A stretch of DNA of 64,000 nucleotides, taken from assembly GCF_963921235.1 (NCBI RefSeq), contig NC_086109.1:37760001-37824000 (forward strand). The letters run 5' to 3'. The notes under the pieces were generated by a model. It was not told the origin of the DNA and did not search any database. It worked only from the letters and a program-made list of their open reading frames with translations. Positions 38,231-51,089 of the stretch are shown here, piece after piece (position 1 is the stretch's first letter; each line of letters opens with the position of its first letter). Both the position numbers and the translations under genes were made by a program. The DNA is from Mobula hypostoma (lineage: Eukaryota).

Positions 38231-38396
38231 GGGTTTTGCCACTTAACCTGGTTAGTACATGGAGTCATCCTTCTATCGCGATGTTCTTGGAGGAATGCTG
38301 CCGACTGGCACATTCCAGACTGCTGGAGTACATGTTAAGGGTGGGAATGATGCTTGATGGAACCACCACAAGGATTCGGTGGGGAAGGACCACAGT

Positions 38397-38494
38397 AACA
38401 CACATAAAAATTGCTGGTGAACGCAGCAGGCCAGGCAGCATCTGTAGGAAGAGGTACAGTTGACGTTTCGGGCCCAGACCCTTCGTCAGGACTA
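38397..38494 (-). mobile_element. Penelope terminal-repeat fragment with hammerhead motif at 38458-38493
   Basis: Minus strand AGUC-CUGACGA-A-GGGU CUGG GCCC-GAAA-C-GUC-AACU. Confidence 0.75.
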
Positions 38495-39319
38495 GACATA
38501 GTATATGCTTCTTTTGCTAATGGAGAGGGAGAGGCTGGGTGAGGAAGCCCCTCGATGATTGTAGTAGTGTACCAGCTGAGAGGGCCACATGAATGGCAAC
38601 AGTCCTATTGGTCTCAAGGAATGTAACAGAAGAGGACTGAAAACACTGACTATGAATGTAACAATGAAAAGGCATTGCATGATTTACTTTTATAAATATT
38701 TTTATTACAAATAAAGCTTATATTGATATAAAAATCCATTAATGCTGTTACAAAAGGGCTATATTTTGGGGGTCTAGCTTTTGAAATGTTTACCTGGAAT
38801 GAATATTTAATGGGGTTCTGCATGTTGGGATACTCTGCCATTGAAAATATTTAATTCTGTAAATTAACCTCATTATGTTCCAGATGTTAAAGTTAATCAG
38901 GTAATTATAGCAATTGAAACTGTAGTTAATCATTCATTGTTATCTTTGTGTTGAAAAAGTATAAAAACATCGTGACTGGAGAGTGATACTGTTTGGGATT
39001 CTCCTGGACTCTGTCCTAAAGGTTTGTTGTGTGAATAAAGACTTATATTCACAAAGCAAACCTTCAGATACAACTACAGCTCCCAATTGTAGCTCCTGCG
39101 TCACTCAGTTTTAGTCAGTCACAACAATATCATTGGATTACTTACCTTCAGATGTTACCTTTTTGTAATTATTGCCTTTTTAGTTGCCTTCTGTTGATTC
39201 TTAAAAGCTTCCCTATCATCTGGCTTCCCACTAATTTTTGCTAAGTTTTAAGCACTCTCTTTTGCTTACTTGCTGTCTTTGACTTCACTTGTCAGTGACA
39301 GTTGCCTTATCTTCCCCTC

Positions 39320-40260
39320 AAACCATAAAATCTAGAAACAGAATTAGTCCATTTGGCCCATTGAGTCATATCCACCATTCACACATGGCTGATTTATTCT
39401 CCCTCTCAGCCCCATTCCTCTGCTTTCTCCTTGTAATCTTTGATGCTCTTACTAAACAAGAACCTATCAACCTCCTCTTTAAATATACCCAATGACTTAG
39501 CTCAACAGCTATCTGTGGCAATGATTTCCACAGGTTCAGTACCCTCAGGCTAAAGAAATTACTCCTCATCTCTGCTCTGTGGCTTTCCTCTGCTACAGCA
39601 ACCCCCCCCCCCCCAACAACAGTATCCGAGGTGATATATTTGTTGTGAATCACAAACAAGAGAAAATCTGCAGATTTTCAAAATCCGAGCAACACACACA
39701 AAATGCTGGAGGAACTCAGCAGGCTAGGCAGCATTTTGTGTGTGATACCTGTTGTTGAGGCGAATGGCCACAGGGGTACTCTCCCCAGGCTACCTGTCCC
39801 CTTTCTCCCTCCCGATGGTCATCCACTTTCTCGTGTTCTGCATTTTGGGTGTAACTACCTCCCTGTATGTCCTGTTGATCAACCCTTCAGCCTCCTGAAT
39901 GATGGCGAGTTCATCCAGCTCCAGTTCTAATTCCTTCGCATGGTCTGAAAGAAGCTGCAGCTGGGTACACTCCTTGCAGGTGTAGTCATCAAGCACACTG
40001 GAGCTTTTCCTGCCAACCCACATCCCTCAATGGGAGCATTTCACTATCCTGTTTGGCATCCCCACTGCTGTAACTGTATAATAAGAAAGTAAGAAAAACC
40101 AAACAAAAAGAAAATCTACTGTACCGATGGCCTCAGCCTTAACGAGCCAAAGCCTCAACTCCCCACTCTAACACTGGCCCACTCACACAATTGCTGCTCT
40201 GCTAAAACTTCACTTCTTTTCATTGACCCTTGCCAGGTGCCTAATCCAATGTCTCCTTGG
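39320..40260 (-). mobile_element. CR1 3' fragment plus CR1 ORF1 fragment, with a small Penelope piece at ~39650-39745
   Basis: NFFSLRVLNLWKSLP (ORF2 end). DYTCKECTQLQLL...ELDEL...REVVTP is CR1 ORF1 zinc-finger/leucine-zipper-like. Confidence 0.75.
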
Positions 40261-42434
40261 GAACTGTGGTGCGCAGAATGTCCCAGCTGCACCACTCCCT
40301 TCTTTCTCCTCTCCCGCTACACAATCTAATGTCTCCTCAGGAACTGTGGTGCGCTGAATGCTTAAGAAAGAAAACTATGAACTGTAATGCCCTTTTACTT
40401 TTCTCTTTAAGCATTCTGATGAAAACTTCTAAAAATTGCATTCTAATTTCCAATCTGCTATCCTCTTTTCCGATTCCTATATATCCCAAGATCCCCCAAC
40501 TGTGTACATGCTCCATCCTACAACCTTCCTGTTCTGGCTTCAAGTTCATCCTGACCACCATCACCTCACATAGTCTTCAGCTACTGCAGTCATAAGTTCT
40601 TGAACTCCCGGCCTTAACTTCCCTTTCTTTGTTCAGAATGCTTATTAACACATAACCTCTTTGAGCAGATGTCAAGTTTTGCTTTGTAACATTCCGATGG
40701 AAGTGTCATGGGACATTTATGCTCCTTTAAAGGGAAGACGTTCATTTCTGATCAAATAGCGATAAACAAGTGTCAGAGTATTCAGTACAGAGGGTATTCA
40801 CCATTGCCCATTCGTTTCCAAGACTGGATATGTGAATGTGAGTATATGGATTGCAGATACATTTGTACATAAATGCGAACAAACTAACATGAATTTCTCT
40901 CCAAAAGCTGGCGTATAAGCAAGTCATATTGTTGCTCCAGTAATCCAAAAAGCAGGGATATAGAAAATTTATTGTGAACCCACAAATAATTAAGAACACA
41001 ATTCAAAGATTCTCCTCAAAGATCAAATAATTCTGGATTAAAAATTAATCAAAGATTATTGCATTAGAAGTTGTTATATAAACTTAAAACATCAATCTTT
41101 TACAATAGAACTCAATAAGCTATCTTATATCAAACTGCCTGAACTCAGAATGGTAATAAAAATGATATATGTACACTGCCAATGTAGGATTGCCAGACAA
41201 AGAAAATGTGCAGAGCTTACTTGTTGTATAAAATTGATGGTAATGAATCAAACTGAACCAGTTTTTAGTTTCTATATTAACAACAAATGTTTTAAAAAAA
41301 TTGAAGAATGTACTTTTATGGTTACCAGACATAATGAAGCTATCAGAGATCCACCACATTACTTTGGACTTGGCACTATAGTTTCAGATTATGGATTAAT
41401 TCCATAATATACTTTAAAATTTCTGATGTTATGAGGATAAAAAAAATCCACATGAATGTATGAATTGCAATATCAATTCATTAATAAATTAGTTTATCTG
41501 TCCTTTCTCTGAAGAGCTATGGAAGGATTCTTGTATGAATCAAAGTAGGCTCATTAAACAGTTGATTTTTCTGTCCCCTCTGGGAACTTCTGCTAATTCC
41601 CTCTGTTGCTGAACCAAAAGGATTGTGTGATGACCAAGTACCATGGCAACAGGCAAGGGTTTACTTAGCTGACAACAGAAGTGAGATAAATAGGAAAACA
41701 GAAATTATCCAGGGCAAATTCCCTCTGGGATAGCGAGAGAAAAAGGGATTTACTTTCACTGGACCTATCTTTGGCTCCTGTACATAAATGTTTCTGTAAT
41801 TATTTTTCTTAAGAATGCCTCTTTCTCAGTTGTGGCTTAAGTCTGAAAAGTCTCTGTCTCATTAACTAACGTACAGTAACCAAATCTGTGTTGTAAAACT
41901 GTCTTTTATTCTCTAACCATTTTGAAGGTCTCATGATCAAAGAGTTGAAAAGCTCTAGATTTCAGGATCAGAAAGCTGTTTTTTTCCATTTTTTCTTTCA
42001 TCTTTTCCCTTCCCCTTTGTTTCATTGAGTTTTATTGCTTTCTACACAGTACGGTAGTTTGTTTTCTTTCCCTATCTTAACTCTGCTCAACATTAAATCA
42101 AAATACTTGAATGGAGCAAAGACAGATACTCCTCATTAGAGAACATTCACTTGTTTGCTGTGCTTTCTTTATTCTCCCCCCCTCGCCCCACAGCTTCCCC
42201 AAAGATGCTGTCTTCTGGAATCTTGTAGCACTCAATGCTTTATCAAAGTGGGCACTCTCAACTGATAAAGCTAAATGTTGCAATTTCTATTGAACTTGAT
42301 CTTTTGACAGTGAAGTTTAGTTAGTGGAGAATACATTATTTTGCAGCCCATAATTACCCTCGAAATAAGCCCCTGAAATATAATAATCAGCACTATTTAC
42401 ACAATTTGTAAATGCTAAGACACTAAATTGAAAC

Positions 42435-43520
42435 AGAAAATGCTGGAAAAACTGAGCAGATAAGGAAGAATCTGTAGCAAGAGAAACAATCGGTGTTTCA
42501 GGTCTGGAACCCTTCAGCAGAACTGATAGACTCTTGCTGTTTAGATAAAACGGTTCAGGCACCTGAGGAGGGTAAATTAGAATTCTACCCCCCCCCCCAC
42601 ACACACACGCACACGGTACATACAGTGAACGAAAAAAACTGGAGAGTAACAATTTTCCTTCCTAGAAGAAAGATGACAAAGTCAGAAAGCTCACTCTGCA
42701 ATAAATAAGTGCCAGAGGAAATTTGTATCTTTCCTGATGAAGGGAAGATCAAGGTTCTGATGAAGAGTCTAGGCCCAAAACCACAATTGTTCACTTCTCT
42801 CCCTAGCTTCTGCCTGGCCTGCCGAGTTCCTCCAGCATTCCACGTGTGCTGCTCTATATCTTCCCTTGTTGTGTGAAGTAGACGAGAACACAAGGAAAAG
42901 GTTTATCAATCATAAACCATCCCTTAAGAGATTAGTAAGAGACCGCGGCATCCTACAAACAGAGGTCAAATCTGAACGTACAACTGAGTTGAATGCCTCT
43001 GGGACACTACTTGCTACTAGACAGGCACAGCTGATCAGGATTTTGCAGTCAGTGATGAACACAGCTGGATAGTCACATAATGATTTATTTGAAACTTATT
43101 TTGCAAGAATCTTGATAGTTACTACAGCCAGAATCCTTTTTGGCAAGACAGCAGAATCCCAAGCAACACATACAAAATGCTGGAGGAGCTCTACAGGTCA
43201 GGCAGCACCTATGGAAATTAATAAATAGTCAGCATTTCAGGTTGAGTCTCTTCATCAGGACTGCAAACGAAGAGGGAAAATGCCAGAATAAGAAGCTGGG
43301 GATAGGGGATGGAGTACAAGTTGGAAGATAATAGGTGAAGCCAGGTGGGTGGGGAGGGAGTTTTCAAGTAAAAATCTGGGAGGTGATGGGTGGAAAAGGT
43401 AAAGGGCTGGAGATGAAGGAATCTAGTAGGAGAGGAGAGTGAACCATGGGAGAAAGGGAAAGGAGGAGAGGCACTAGGGGAATTGAGGGGCAGGTGAGAA
43501 GAGGAAAGAAGACAGTCCCT
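42435..43520. mobile_element. Cluster of decayed Penelope terminal-repeat copies (~42435-42520 minus, ~42730-42860 plus, ~43160-43520 minus)
   Basis: Similarity to 50560-50943, with degenerate CTGATGA...GAAA boxes. Confidence 0.65.
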
Positions 43521-43999
43521 GGTCATGACAACAGATCCTACCTACCTAGTACTATTAGCTCTTCTTCCTGTGGCCCATATTTGATGAATAATATTTTCAA
43601 ACTTAATTTAGGCGTATCAAGTTCCTCTACATGCAGGACACATTATTACAATTCCTAATAAGCCCAATACAGGAATACTAAACTGTTCGATGAGCTGAAA
43701 TTTAAACCTTCTCAGATGTTAAATTCATCCAATCCATTAGGCTAATAATGTGAAAACAATGCAACATACTTTATACATGGTAAAATAAAATGAGGCATCA
43801 AGCACCAAGTGAAATTTATAATTTGGACATACTTCCTGATCTTACAGTGAACAAGGACTTAAGTAAATCTATTGGAAAATATTTTGTCAAGCTAACACAG
43901 AATAACAAAATTAATAATGTAACAAACCTAAAATTAATCAGAATCAGAACAATATTTTTGTGCTTTATACAGATGGGTACCTGGTTCCTAAGGTTGTCA

Positions 44000-44590
44000 T
44001 AGCTGGGGGTGGTAGTGGGGATAAGCTCCCACTACCATAAAGTGCTCCAAATGGCGTGCAACTCTAACAGCATCTGACAATCAAGTCCAACTCTTGGCCT
44101 TTCACGTGCGGCTTAGCTACTAGGCTCAGCAGAACTGTTTCTTCTGACAAGGGAAGGCACAAAGGCGGACCACTGGGGCCTCAAAACCAGTTGCTTCGGG
44201 CAGGTGGGGCTCGTCAGCCTTGGACAGCAGCCCGCCCAGGAGAAGGAAAACTCTGATTTTAAACCTCTGCTGCCTTGCGCCCATACCCAACCCTGAGGAA
44301 GAAATCTGGAGCCGAGGTCCCTAAGGCAGTTTGATGTTGTTTACAACTTCACTTTGGCAACCTCTGCGACGACACCAAGCTGTATCGGCGCTTGCCCTTC
44401 CCTTGGACAACATCAGTGACGCGGAGAGGGGGGGATCCGCTGCATGGGAACAGCCGGTTCTTCAAATCCCCCCAACCAGGCTTGTGCCCTGGAGAGGACA
44501 CAGTCCAGCAGAGGTGCAAACCCATGATCCCCTGGGATCGATGGCTGCCTACTACTACCGCTACCACCTGGAAGAAGACAGACTACTACC
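44000..44590 (+). mobile_element. RTE-related non-autonomous element, copy 2
   Basis: Homologous to 9525-10110. It has the 5' hairpin GGTAGTGGG...CCCACTACC, the GGAGAAGGAAAACTCTG motif and a (CTA)n tail. Confidence 0.62.
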
Positions 44591-45605
44591 TGTTCTGATG
44601 GGAGGAAATTGTACTACTGGACTGCCTGGCAAATTTGAATCACTTTTAACAACTACTGAAATGGGCTGTGATCCTGATGCAATCATTTTTATGTTATCCC
44701 TCACACTCTCTCCACCACAAACCCTGTTTATTTCTAAATTAACATATTGTTTCCATCTCTCTCATCTATGTGAAGATTCTCTTCCTGTCTTTGATCATTT
44801 TACTCCTCATAATCATTTTGTGTTCATCCCCATCTTCCTTGGAAACCATTCCCCTTATCCCTAATCCCCTTCCCAACCTACTTTCTCTTTTACCACCACT
44901 ATTTTCAATGAAGGAGAGGAATGGCTTTATGTATACTTTTGCACATTGTGACTATTGTACTACAGAGGAACTCAGCATGTCAGGCAGCATCTATGGAGAG
45001 GATTAAAGAATCAACGTTTCGGACCTGGACCCTTAATCAGTACTCGTGAAGAGTTCTGACCAACAGTCCCTCTAACTTTTTTACAGCTATGCGGACCAAC
45101 CATTGCACTGAGCAGGAAATCCTTACACAACCTGAAAGTTGTGCAACACTTTATAATAACATTATATAAAGAAAAACTCCAGCTGTGTGGCAACAAAGGT
45201 TAGGTCAGTGAGGGTAGTTCAGTTACTGCTTGGCCACGCACATATGCCGCCTAGAGGGAAGAGTGGTCCTGACTCACAAAGGGTCCCAATGTAGGGTCTT
45301 GGCCTGAAATGTCACCTCTCTGTTCCTCTCCTTAGGTGCTGCCTCACCTGCTGAGAAGACCTTGGATGCCAATCTAGTGTAAGACCTTGTGCTACAGGTT
45401 TTTTTAACAGGTGTTTTACAATTCTGAATTTCATTTTACTAATGATTTATAATATTAAAGCACAGTCAGCTACATACCAAATACTGGTAAATGGGATGAG
45501 TACCAATAGGAACTTGATGATTCTTGTGATGGAAATGTTGGTCTGAAGGGCCTGTTTTGTGCAGCATCACTCCGTGACTCCATCTGTACGGACTTAGTAG
45601 AGATA

Positions 45606-45672
45606 GAGTACTGTGCCAAAGTTTTATGTCCACACATAGAGATAGGGTGTCTTGGACTTTTGCACAGTACTC
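45606..45672. mobile_element. Tc1/mariner-type mini-MITE
   Basis: TA-GAGTACTGTGC...GCACAGTACTC-TA. Confidence 0.65.
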
Positions 45673-46058
45673 TATTTGTCAATGTGGGGCAGAGAACAAG
45701 TTTGTAAATCTGGCGGGAGCAAAGAATGGTTTGAGTGGTGAGGGTGGAGCACCGTGGGAGGGGTGTGAGACAGGTGGCAGAGAAGGAGCACTGGAGGCAA
45801 GGGCAGACACACCCAGCCCTGAGACACCAGTCAATTCCAAACAATTAGTTTGATTTGATTCCAAACAATTGGTATGTTGATCATTACAGAATGTCTCTCC
45901 CTTCCCCTTTTCCCACCCATGATTCTCCTCTCCCTGTCCTCTTCCTGCTCTCAGTCTACAATAGAAACCCATATTAGAATCAGGTTTATCATCACTCACA
46001 TTTGTCACAGAATTTGTTTTATTTTTGCAGCAGTGCAGTGCAAAACATAAGATTACTA

Positions 46059-46121
46059 CAGTATTGTGCAAAAGTCTTAGGCGTTCTAGCTATATATATG
46101 CATAAGACTTGCACAGTACTG
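46059..46121. mobile_element. Tc1/mariner-type mini-MITE
   Basis: TA-CAGTATTGTGCAAAAGTCTTA...TAAGACTTGCACAGTACTG. Confidence 0.65.
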
Positions 46122-49100
46122 CAGGTTCAGTGCATCTTTTAGATATTCCTCTGATGAAAAGAGTAATTGCCTTTGGAAATGAAACAGAACACAATTACAA
46201 GTTGCTCTCTACAGATACCCAGCCTAATAATATAGCAACTCCAATCTCACGTTAAAATCGCAGACAGGAAATTTTTCTTTTGGAGGGTTATTAAGGCTGG
46301 CAAGAATGAACTTGAAAACCTTGTTTTTGCAGCTGTAGTAAATGTGTGAATTAAAATCCACACAGCATAAGATGGCTCTAATACTAATAGTCGTGACAAA
46401 ATTTTGCCATTCACCAGAGTCCCATGTTCATCCTGACCTCAAGTAGACTTAGTGTGGAATTTGGGAGTTCTCTATGTAACCGCTGGGCTTCCTCTGGTGG
46501 CTCCAATTTCCTCCACATCCTAAAGACATGGATAATTGGCCACTGTAAATTGTCTCTAATTGTATATGTGAATGGTAAAATCTGGAGAAGGCCGATGAGA
46601 ATGTAAGAAGGATTTTAAAAAATCCAATTAATGTAGGATTTGTGACAATAAGAGATTAAAGGCTGGTGCAGATTTCATGGGTCCATGATGCAATTTTGTT
46701 TGAATTTATTAGGAATTTCAGCACCTTAGGAATAATAAGGTATGAAAAATAGCAAATTCAAAAATGAAGGTGCGGAGAGTTGTGGAGAAGAATATGTTTT
46801 AAACCTACTTGGAAACCAGGATATTGACAATTACTTGCCTGCCCTAGGGAGCTGGGAGTTGATTTACTGTCATATGTGGCTGTTTTCATGGCAGGAAGTA
46901 AGGCGATTTTCTCTAAATAAGGGAGGGGCTTTTTTAATATTCATAACAAGATGTGATGGCATCAGTGATTGTCCTGCAATTTTTGAAAGGTGCCCTGAGT
47001 ATTAAGATGCACTAGATGCCCATTAAGGAAGAGGATGGAGGAAAAAAGATTTCCAGAGTTGTACCTTTTGACTTCCTTTCACATATTCCTCAGACCTTAT
47101 CAGATTCTACCCTGGGGCCTTATCTGCCATTCATCCAAGTATTAACAGACACCAAATCTCTGTTATGGTATACTGAGAGCCAGGAAGTTAAGTAATTGTC
47201 TCTAGATGAGGCTTGGAGAGATGAAATATCCCGGGATTCTTTTCTGGTGCAATCACGGGGATTTCAACTGTAATGGAAGGATAATCGTGTGGTTGAGAAA
47301 TGGATGATTGATGAAAAATTTCATGGGATAATCTGAATAAAAATTATATGCACAACTCCCTTGTTGGAATATGGCTTGCTGTTGAATATCAGGCCAATGC
47401 TGTCAAATAATTCCTTTAGAACAAAGCACACACTTCACCTCAAATATATATTTTGACTTGCTTTCAGTGGAAGTAAATTTGAGCAGCAAACCACTGGTAA
47501 ATTAGACTCTGAACATGTATTTGAAAACCAGCCCAATTATTAAATTCACAAAGGATGTAAAAGCTGTTGCTTTCAAGTGTGCCAACATCCCTTCAATTCT
47601 GTGCAACATCAAAGGAACTCTACAAATAATTGTAGATGTAGCTGATATGAGAAATGTTGAATTAATCTCTGGTTTATGGCATAATGCCAGATGTGTTATT
47701 TGTGCTTTCTATTAATATAATATAAAATATTAGAATTGACCACAGTCAAATTCTGATATTGACTCTTGTATAGAAACTACTGGTAGCAAAGTTCAAATTG
47801 CAAAACGAAATGAGCAGCGTTTCAGAATACCTGGACCTGTACGTGTCACTGAGCATATCATGAATGGTTTGCATGTTGGTGACAATTGTTAGCTAATCTG
47901 AGCACAGTAATACCTCAAGCACCTGGGGATGACACTCCTGTTTTCCAAAAGGAAAACCAGAATTAGATTCTGCAGGAGTTAGTTGTTGTCCTACTCCATT
48001 TGCTGTGGAGGTCAACATTACTAATAATGAGCTACAGCTCCTGGGAACTAGAAAGGTTGGACACTGGGATACTTCATCCACTTGGAGCTAAAATTCCATG
48101 TGGAAATTGGCTTCTCTAGCTTCTTGGCCATTTTAAGTACTTCCACAAATTCCAGCCTGGCTTACAGAGGGGAGAAATGGTACATCTGCCTATCTCTTGG
48201 GTCTATGGGCCAGATCTGAATTAGTTCTATGGCTACTCCTGAAGTACTAACAATTACATTCTTTTAAGACTACATATTTGTGACAGGAAAACAAAACAGT
48301 TCAAGTTTTGTTGAGATCTTGTAAGATGTAGAAATTTATAATGAATGAACTGTTGAACCTGCATGGGATGGACTAGAAAATAATAAAGTCCATGCATCAT
48401 GAGGCGGGAATCAATCTACTTGTTCAAAAAAGCAGGCTTCCATGGGGGTTAGAGCAATAACATCCTTCCCTTCATTGTAACACAGGAAGGACTTCTGGAT
48501 CAGAATTAGTGAGACAAACATTTTCTTTTACATTAGAAATTAGCTTTTTAAGAAGCCAATATTTAACAGTGGTAGCTGACTGTCATGGGCTACAAAGGAA
48601 ATCAGACAGGACTCGATCTGCTCTGTGCTTGAGATTCTGATCATTTGCAATAGCTGCAGTGGCACATCTGATCGTAGTGGTACCCAGTTTAAAGAAATAA
48701 TTTCAGGCAAGATCCTGATCTTGGTTCCTAATCACTAACAACTTCAGGAGATGGTTAACCAGTGACACTTTCTGGAACTTTATCAATGAGCTAATAACAG
48801 GAAGTACTATTTTATACAGGACTTGGAGACAGGACCAGTTGAGGGCTTCAAAAATGACTTCTATTTATCAATGTTATTGGATATTAAATGATACGAAACT
48901 AGTAGAGACTTGAAATAAAATAGAGAAGCAGACTTGCTGGGTTGAATAAACTACTCCTGTTCCTCTGTGTTTGGATGTAGCTACTGAAGAAAATGCTAGC
49001 CTTTTCTATCAATATCCATCTCTGCTGGATAACCTACTGCCATTATAAGCACGCCTTATGATCTGGGAATCATCACGGATTTGAAATTTCAACAGAAGAG

Positions 49101-49284
49101 TGAGAAAACTGTGCAACACCATTGCAGCTCAGGGTATTCTGGAGATCAGAGTTCAATTCTGGTGCCATCTGTACGGAGACTGTTCATCCTCCCTGTGGAT
49201 TGCATGAGCTTTCCCTGTTGCTCCAGTTTTCTTTCACAGTCCAAAGACATACAGGGTAGGTAAATTGGTCATTGTAAATTCTCC

Positions 49285-50943
49285 TTACTCTTAATAATCT
49301 CTCCTTTGGCTCCTCCCACTTCCTCCAAACTAAAGGTGTAGCTATGGGCACACGTATGGGTCCTAGCTATGCCTGCCTTTTTGTTGGGTTTGTGGAACAA
49401 TCTATGTTCCGTGCCTATTCTGGTATCTGTCCCCCACTTTTCCTTTGCTACATTGACGACTGCATTGGCACTGCTTCCTGCACACATGCTGAGCTCGTTG
49501 ACTTTATTAACTTTGCCTCCAATTTTCACCCTGCCCTCAAGTTTACCTGGTCCATTTCCGACACCTCCCTCCCCTTTCTAGATCTTTCTGTCTCTGTCTC
49601 TGGAGACAGCTTATCCACTGATGTCTACTATAAACCTACTGACTCTTACAGCTATCTGGACTATTCCTCTTCTCACCCTGTCTCTTGCAAAAACACCATC
49701 CCCTTCTCGCAATTCCTCTGTCTCCGCCGCATCTGCTCTCAGGATGAGGCTTTTCATTCTAGGACGAGGGAGATGTCCTCCTTTTTTAAAGAAAGGGGCT
49801 TCCCTTCCTCCACTATCAACTCTGCTCTCAAACGCATCTCCCCCATTTCACGTACATCTACTCTCACTCCATTCTCCCACCACCCCACTAGGAACAGGGC
49901 TCCCCTGGTCCTCACCTACCACCCCACCAGCCTCCGGGTCCAACATATTATTCTCTGTAACTTCCGCCACCTCCAACGGGATCCCACCACTAAGCACATC
50001 TTTCCCTCCCTGCTTCTCTCTGCTTTCCGCAGGGATCGCTCCCTACGCGACTCCCTTGTCCATTCGTCCCCCCCATCCCTCCCCACTGATCTCCCTCCTG
50101 GCACTTATCCTTGTAAGCGGAACAAGTGCTACACATGCCCTTACACTTCCTCCCTTACCACCATTCAGGGCCCCAAACAGTCCTTCCAGGTGAGGCGACA
50201 CTTCACTTGTGAGTCGGCTGGGGTGATATACTGCGTCCGGTACTCCCGATGTGGCCTTCTATATATTGGCGAGACCCGACGCAGACTGGGAGACCGCTTT
50301 GCTGAACACCTACGCTCTGTCCGCCAGAGAAAGCAGGATCTCCCAGTGGCCACACATTTTAATTCCACATCCCATTCCTATTTTGACATGTCTATCCACG
50401 GCCTCCTCTACTGTAAAGATGAAGCCACACTCAGGTTGGAGGAACAACATCTTATATTCCGTCTGGGTAGCTTACAACCTGATGGTATGAACATCGACTT
50501 CTCTAACTTCCGCTAATGCCCCACCTCCCCCTCGTACCCCATCTGTTATTTATTTTTATACACACATTCTTTCTCTCACTCTCCTTTTCTCCCTCTGTCC
50601 CTCTGACTATACCCCTTGCCCATCCTCTGGTTCCCCCCCCACCCCTTGTCTTTCTTCCCGGACCTCCTGTCCCATGATCCTCTCATATCCCCTTTGCCAA
50701 TCACCTGTCCAGCTCTTGGCTCCATCCCTCCCCTCCTGTCTTCTCCTATCATTTTGGATCTCCCCCTCCCCCCAACTTTCAAATCTCTTACTAACTCTTC
50801 CTTCAGTTAGTCCTGACGCAGGGTCTCAGCCTGAAACGTCGACTGTAGCTCTTCCTAGAGATGCTGCCTGGCCTGCTGCGTTCACCAGCAACTTTGATGT
50901 GTGTTGCTTGAATTTCCAGCATCTGCAGAATTCCTGTTGTTTG
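49285..50943 (+). mobile_element. Penelope-like retroelement (Neptune-like), 5'-truncated, with 15-bp TSD
   Basis: CATTGTAAATTCTCC occurs at 49270-49284 and 50944-50958. The RT+GIY-YIG ORF is followed by a pyrimidine-rich 3' region and the terminal repeat, whose hammerhead motif (50809-50844) carries a CUGACGC variant. Confidence 0.92.
49344..50516 (+). CDS. Penelope-like RT C-terminal half + GIY-YIG endonuclease (truncated)
   Basis: GVAMGTRMGPSYA, YIDD, LPFLD, a Cys-rich linker PCKRNKCYTC, and GVIYCV...LYIGETRRRLGDRFAEH. Confidence 0.9.
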   Translation: MGTRMGPSYACLFVGFVEQSMFRAYSGICPPLFLCYIDDCIGTASCTHAELVDFINFASNFHPALKFTWSISDTSLPFLDLSVSVSGDSLSTDVYYKPTDSYSYLDYSSSHPVSCKNTIPFSQFLCLRRICSQDEAFHSRTREMSSFFKERGFPSSTINSALKRISPISRTSTLTPFSHHPTRNRAPLVLTYHPTSLRVQHIILCNFRHLQRDPTTKHIFPSLLLSAFRRDRSLRDSLVHSSPPSLPTDLPPGTYPCKRNKCYTCPYTSSLTTIQGPKQSFQVRRHFTCESAGVIYCVRYSRCGLLYIGETRRRLGDRFAEHLRSVRQRKQDLPVATHFNSTSHSYFDMSIHGLLYCKDEATLRLEEQHLIFRLGSLQPDGMNIDFSNFR

Positions 50944-51089
50944 CATTGTAAATTCTCCCCTGATTAGGTCAGGGTAAATCGGGTTTGTTGGGGTTGCTGG
51001 GGTGACGTGGCTCAATGGTTTGAAAGGGCCTACTCCACATTTTATCACTAAATATGGGTTACAATTGGAAAACATGACTAATGGTTTGA

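Larger units (their letters stand above)
49110..51050 (+). mobile_element. V-SINE split by the Penelope-like element
   Basis: Head and core at 49110-49284. The SINE resumes at 50944 (cattgtaaattctcccctgattagg). Confidence 0.7.

Noticed and set aside
44331..44864. 177-aa ORF
   Set aside because: It runs across an RTE-derived repeat tail into flanking DNA, so it is a chance read-through.
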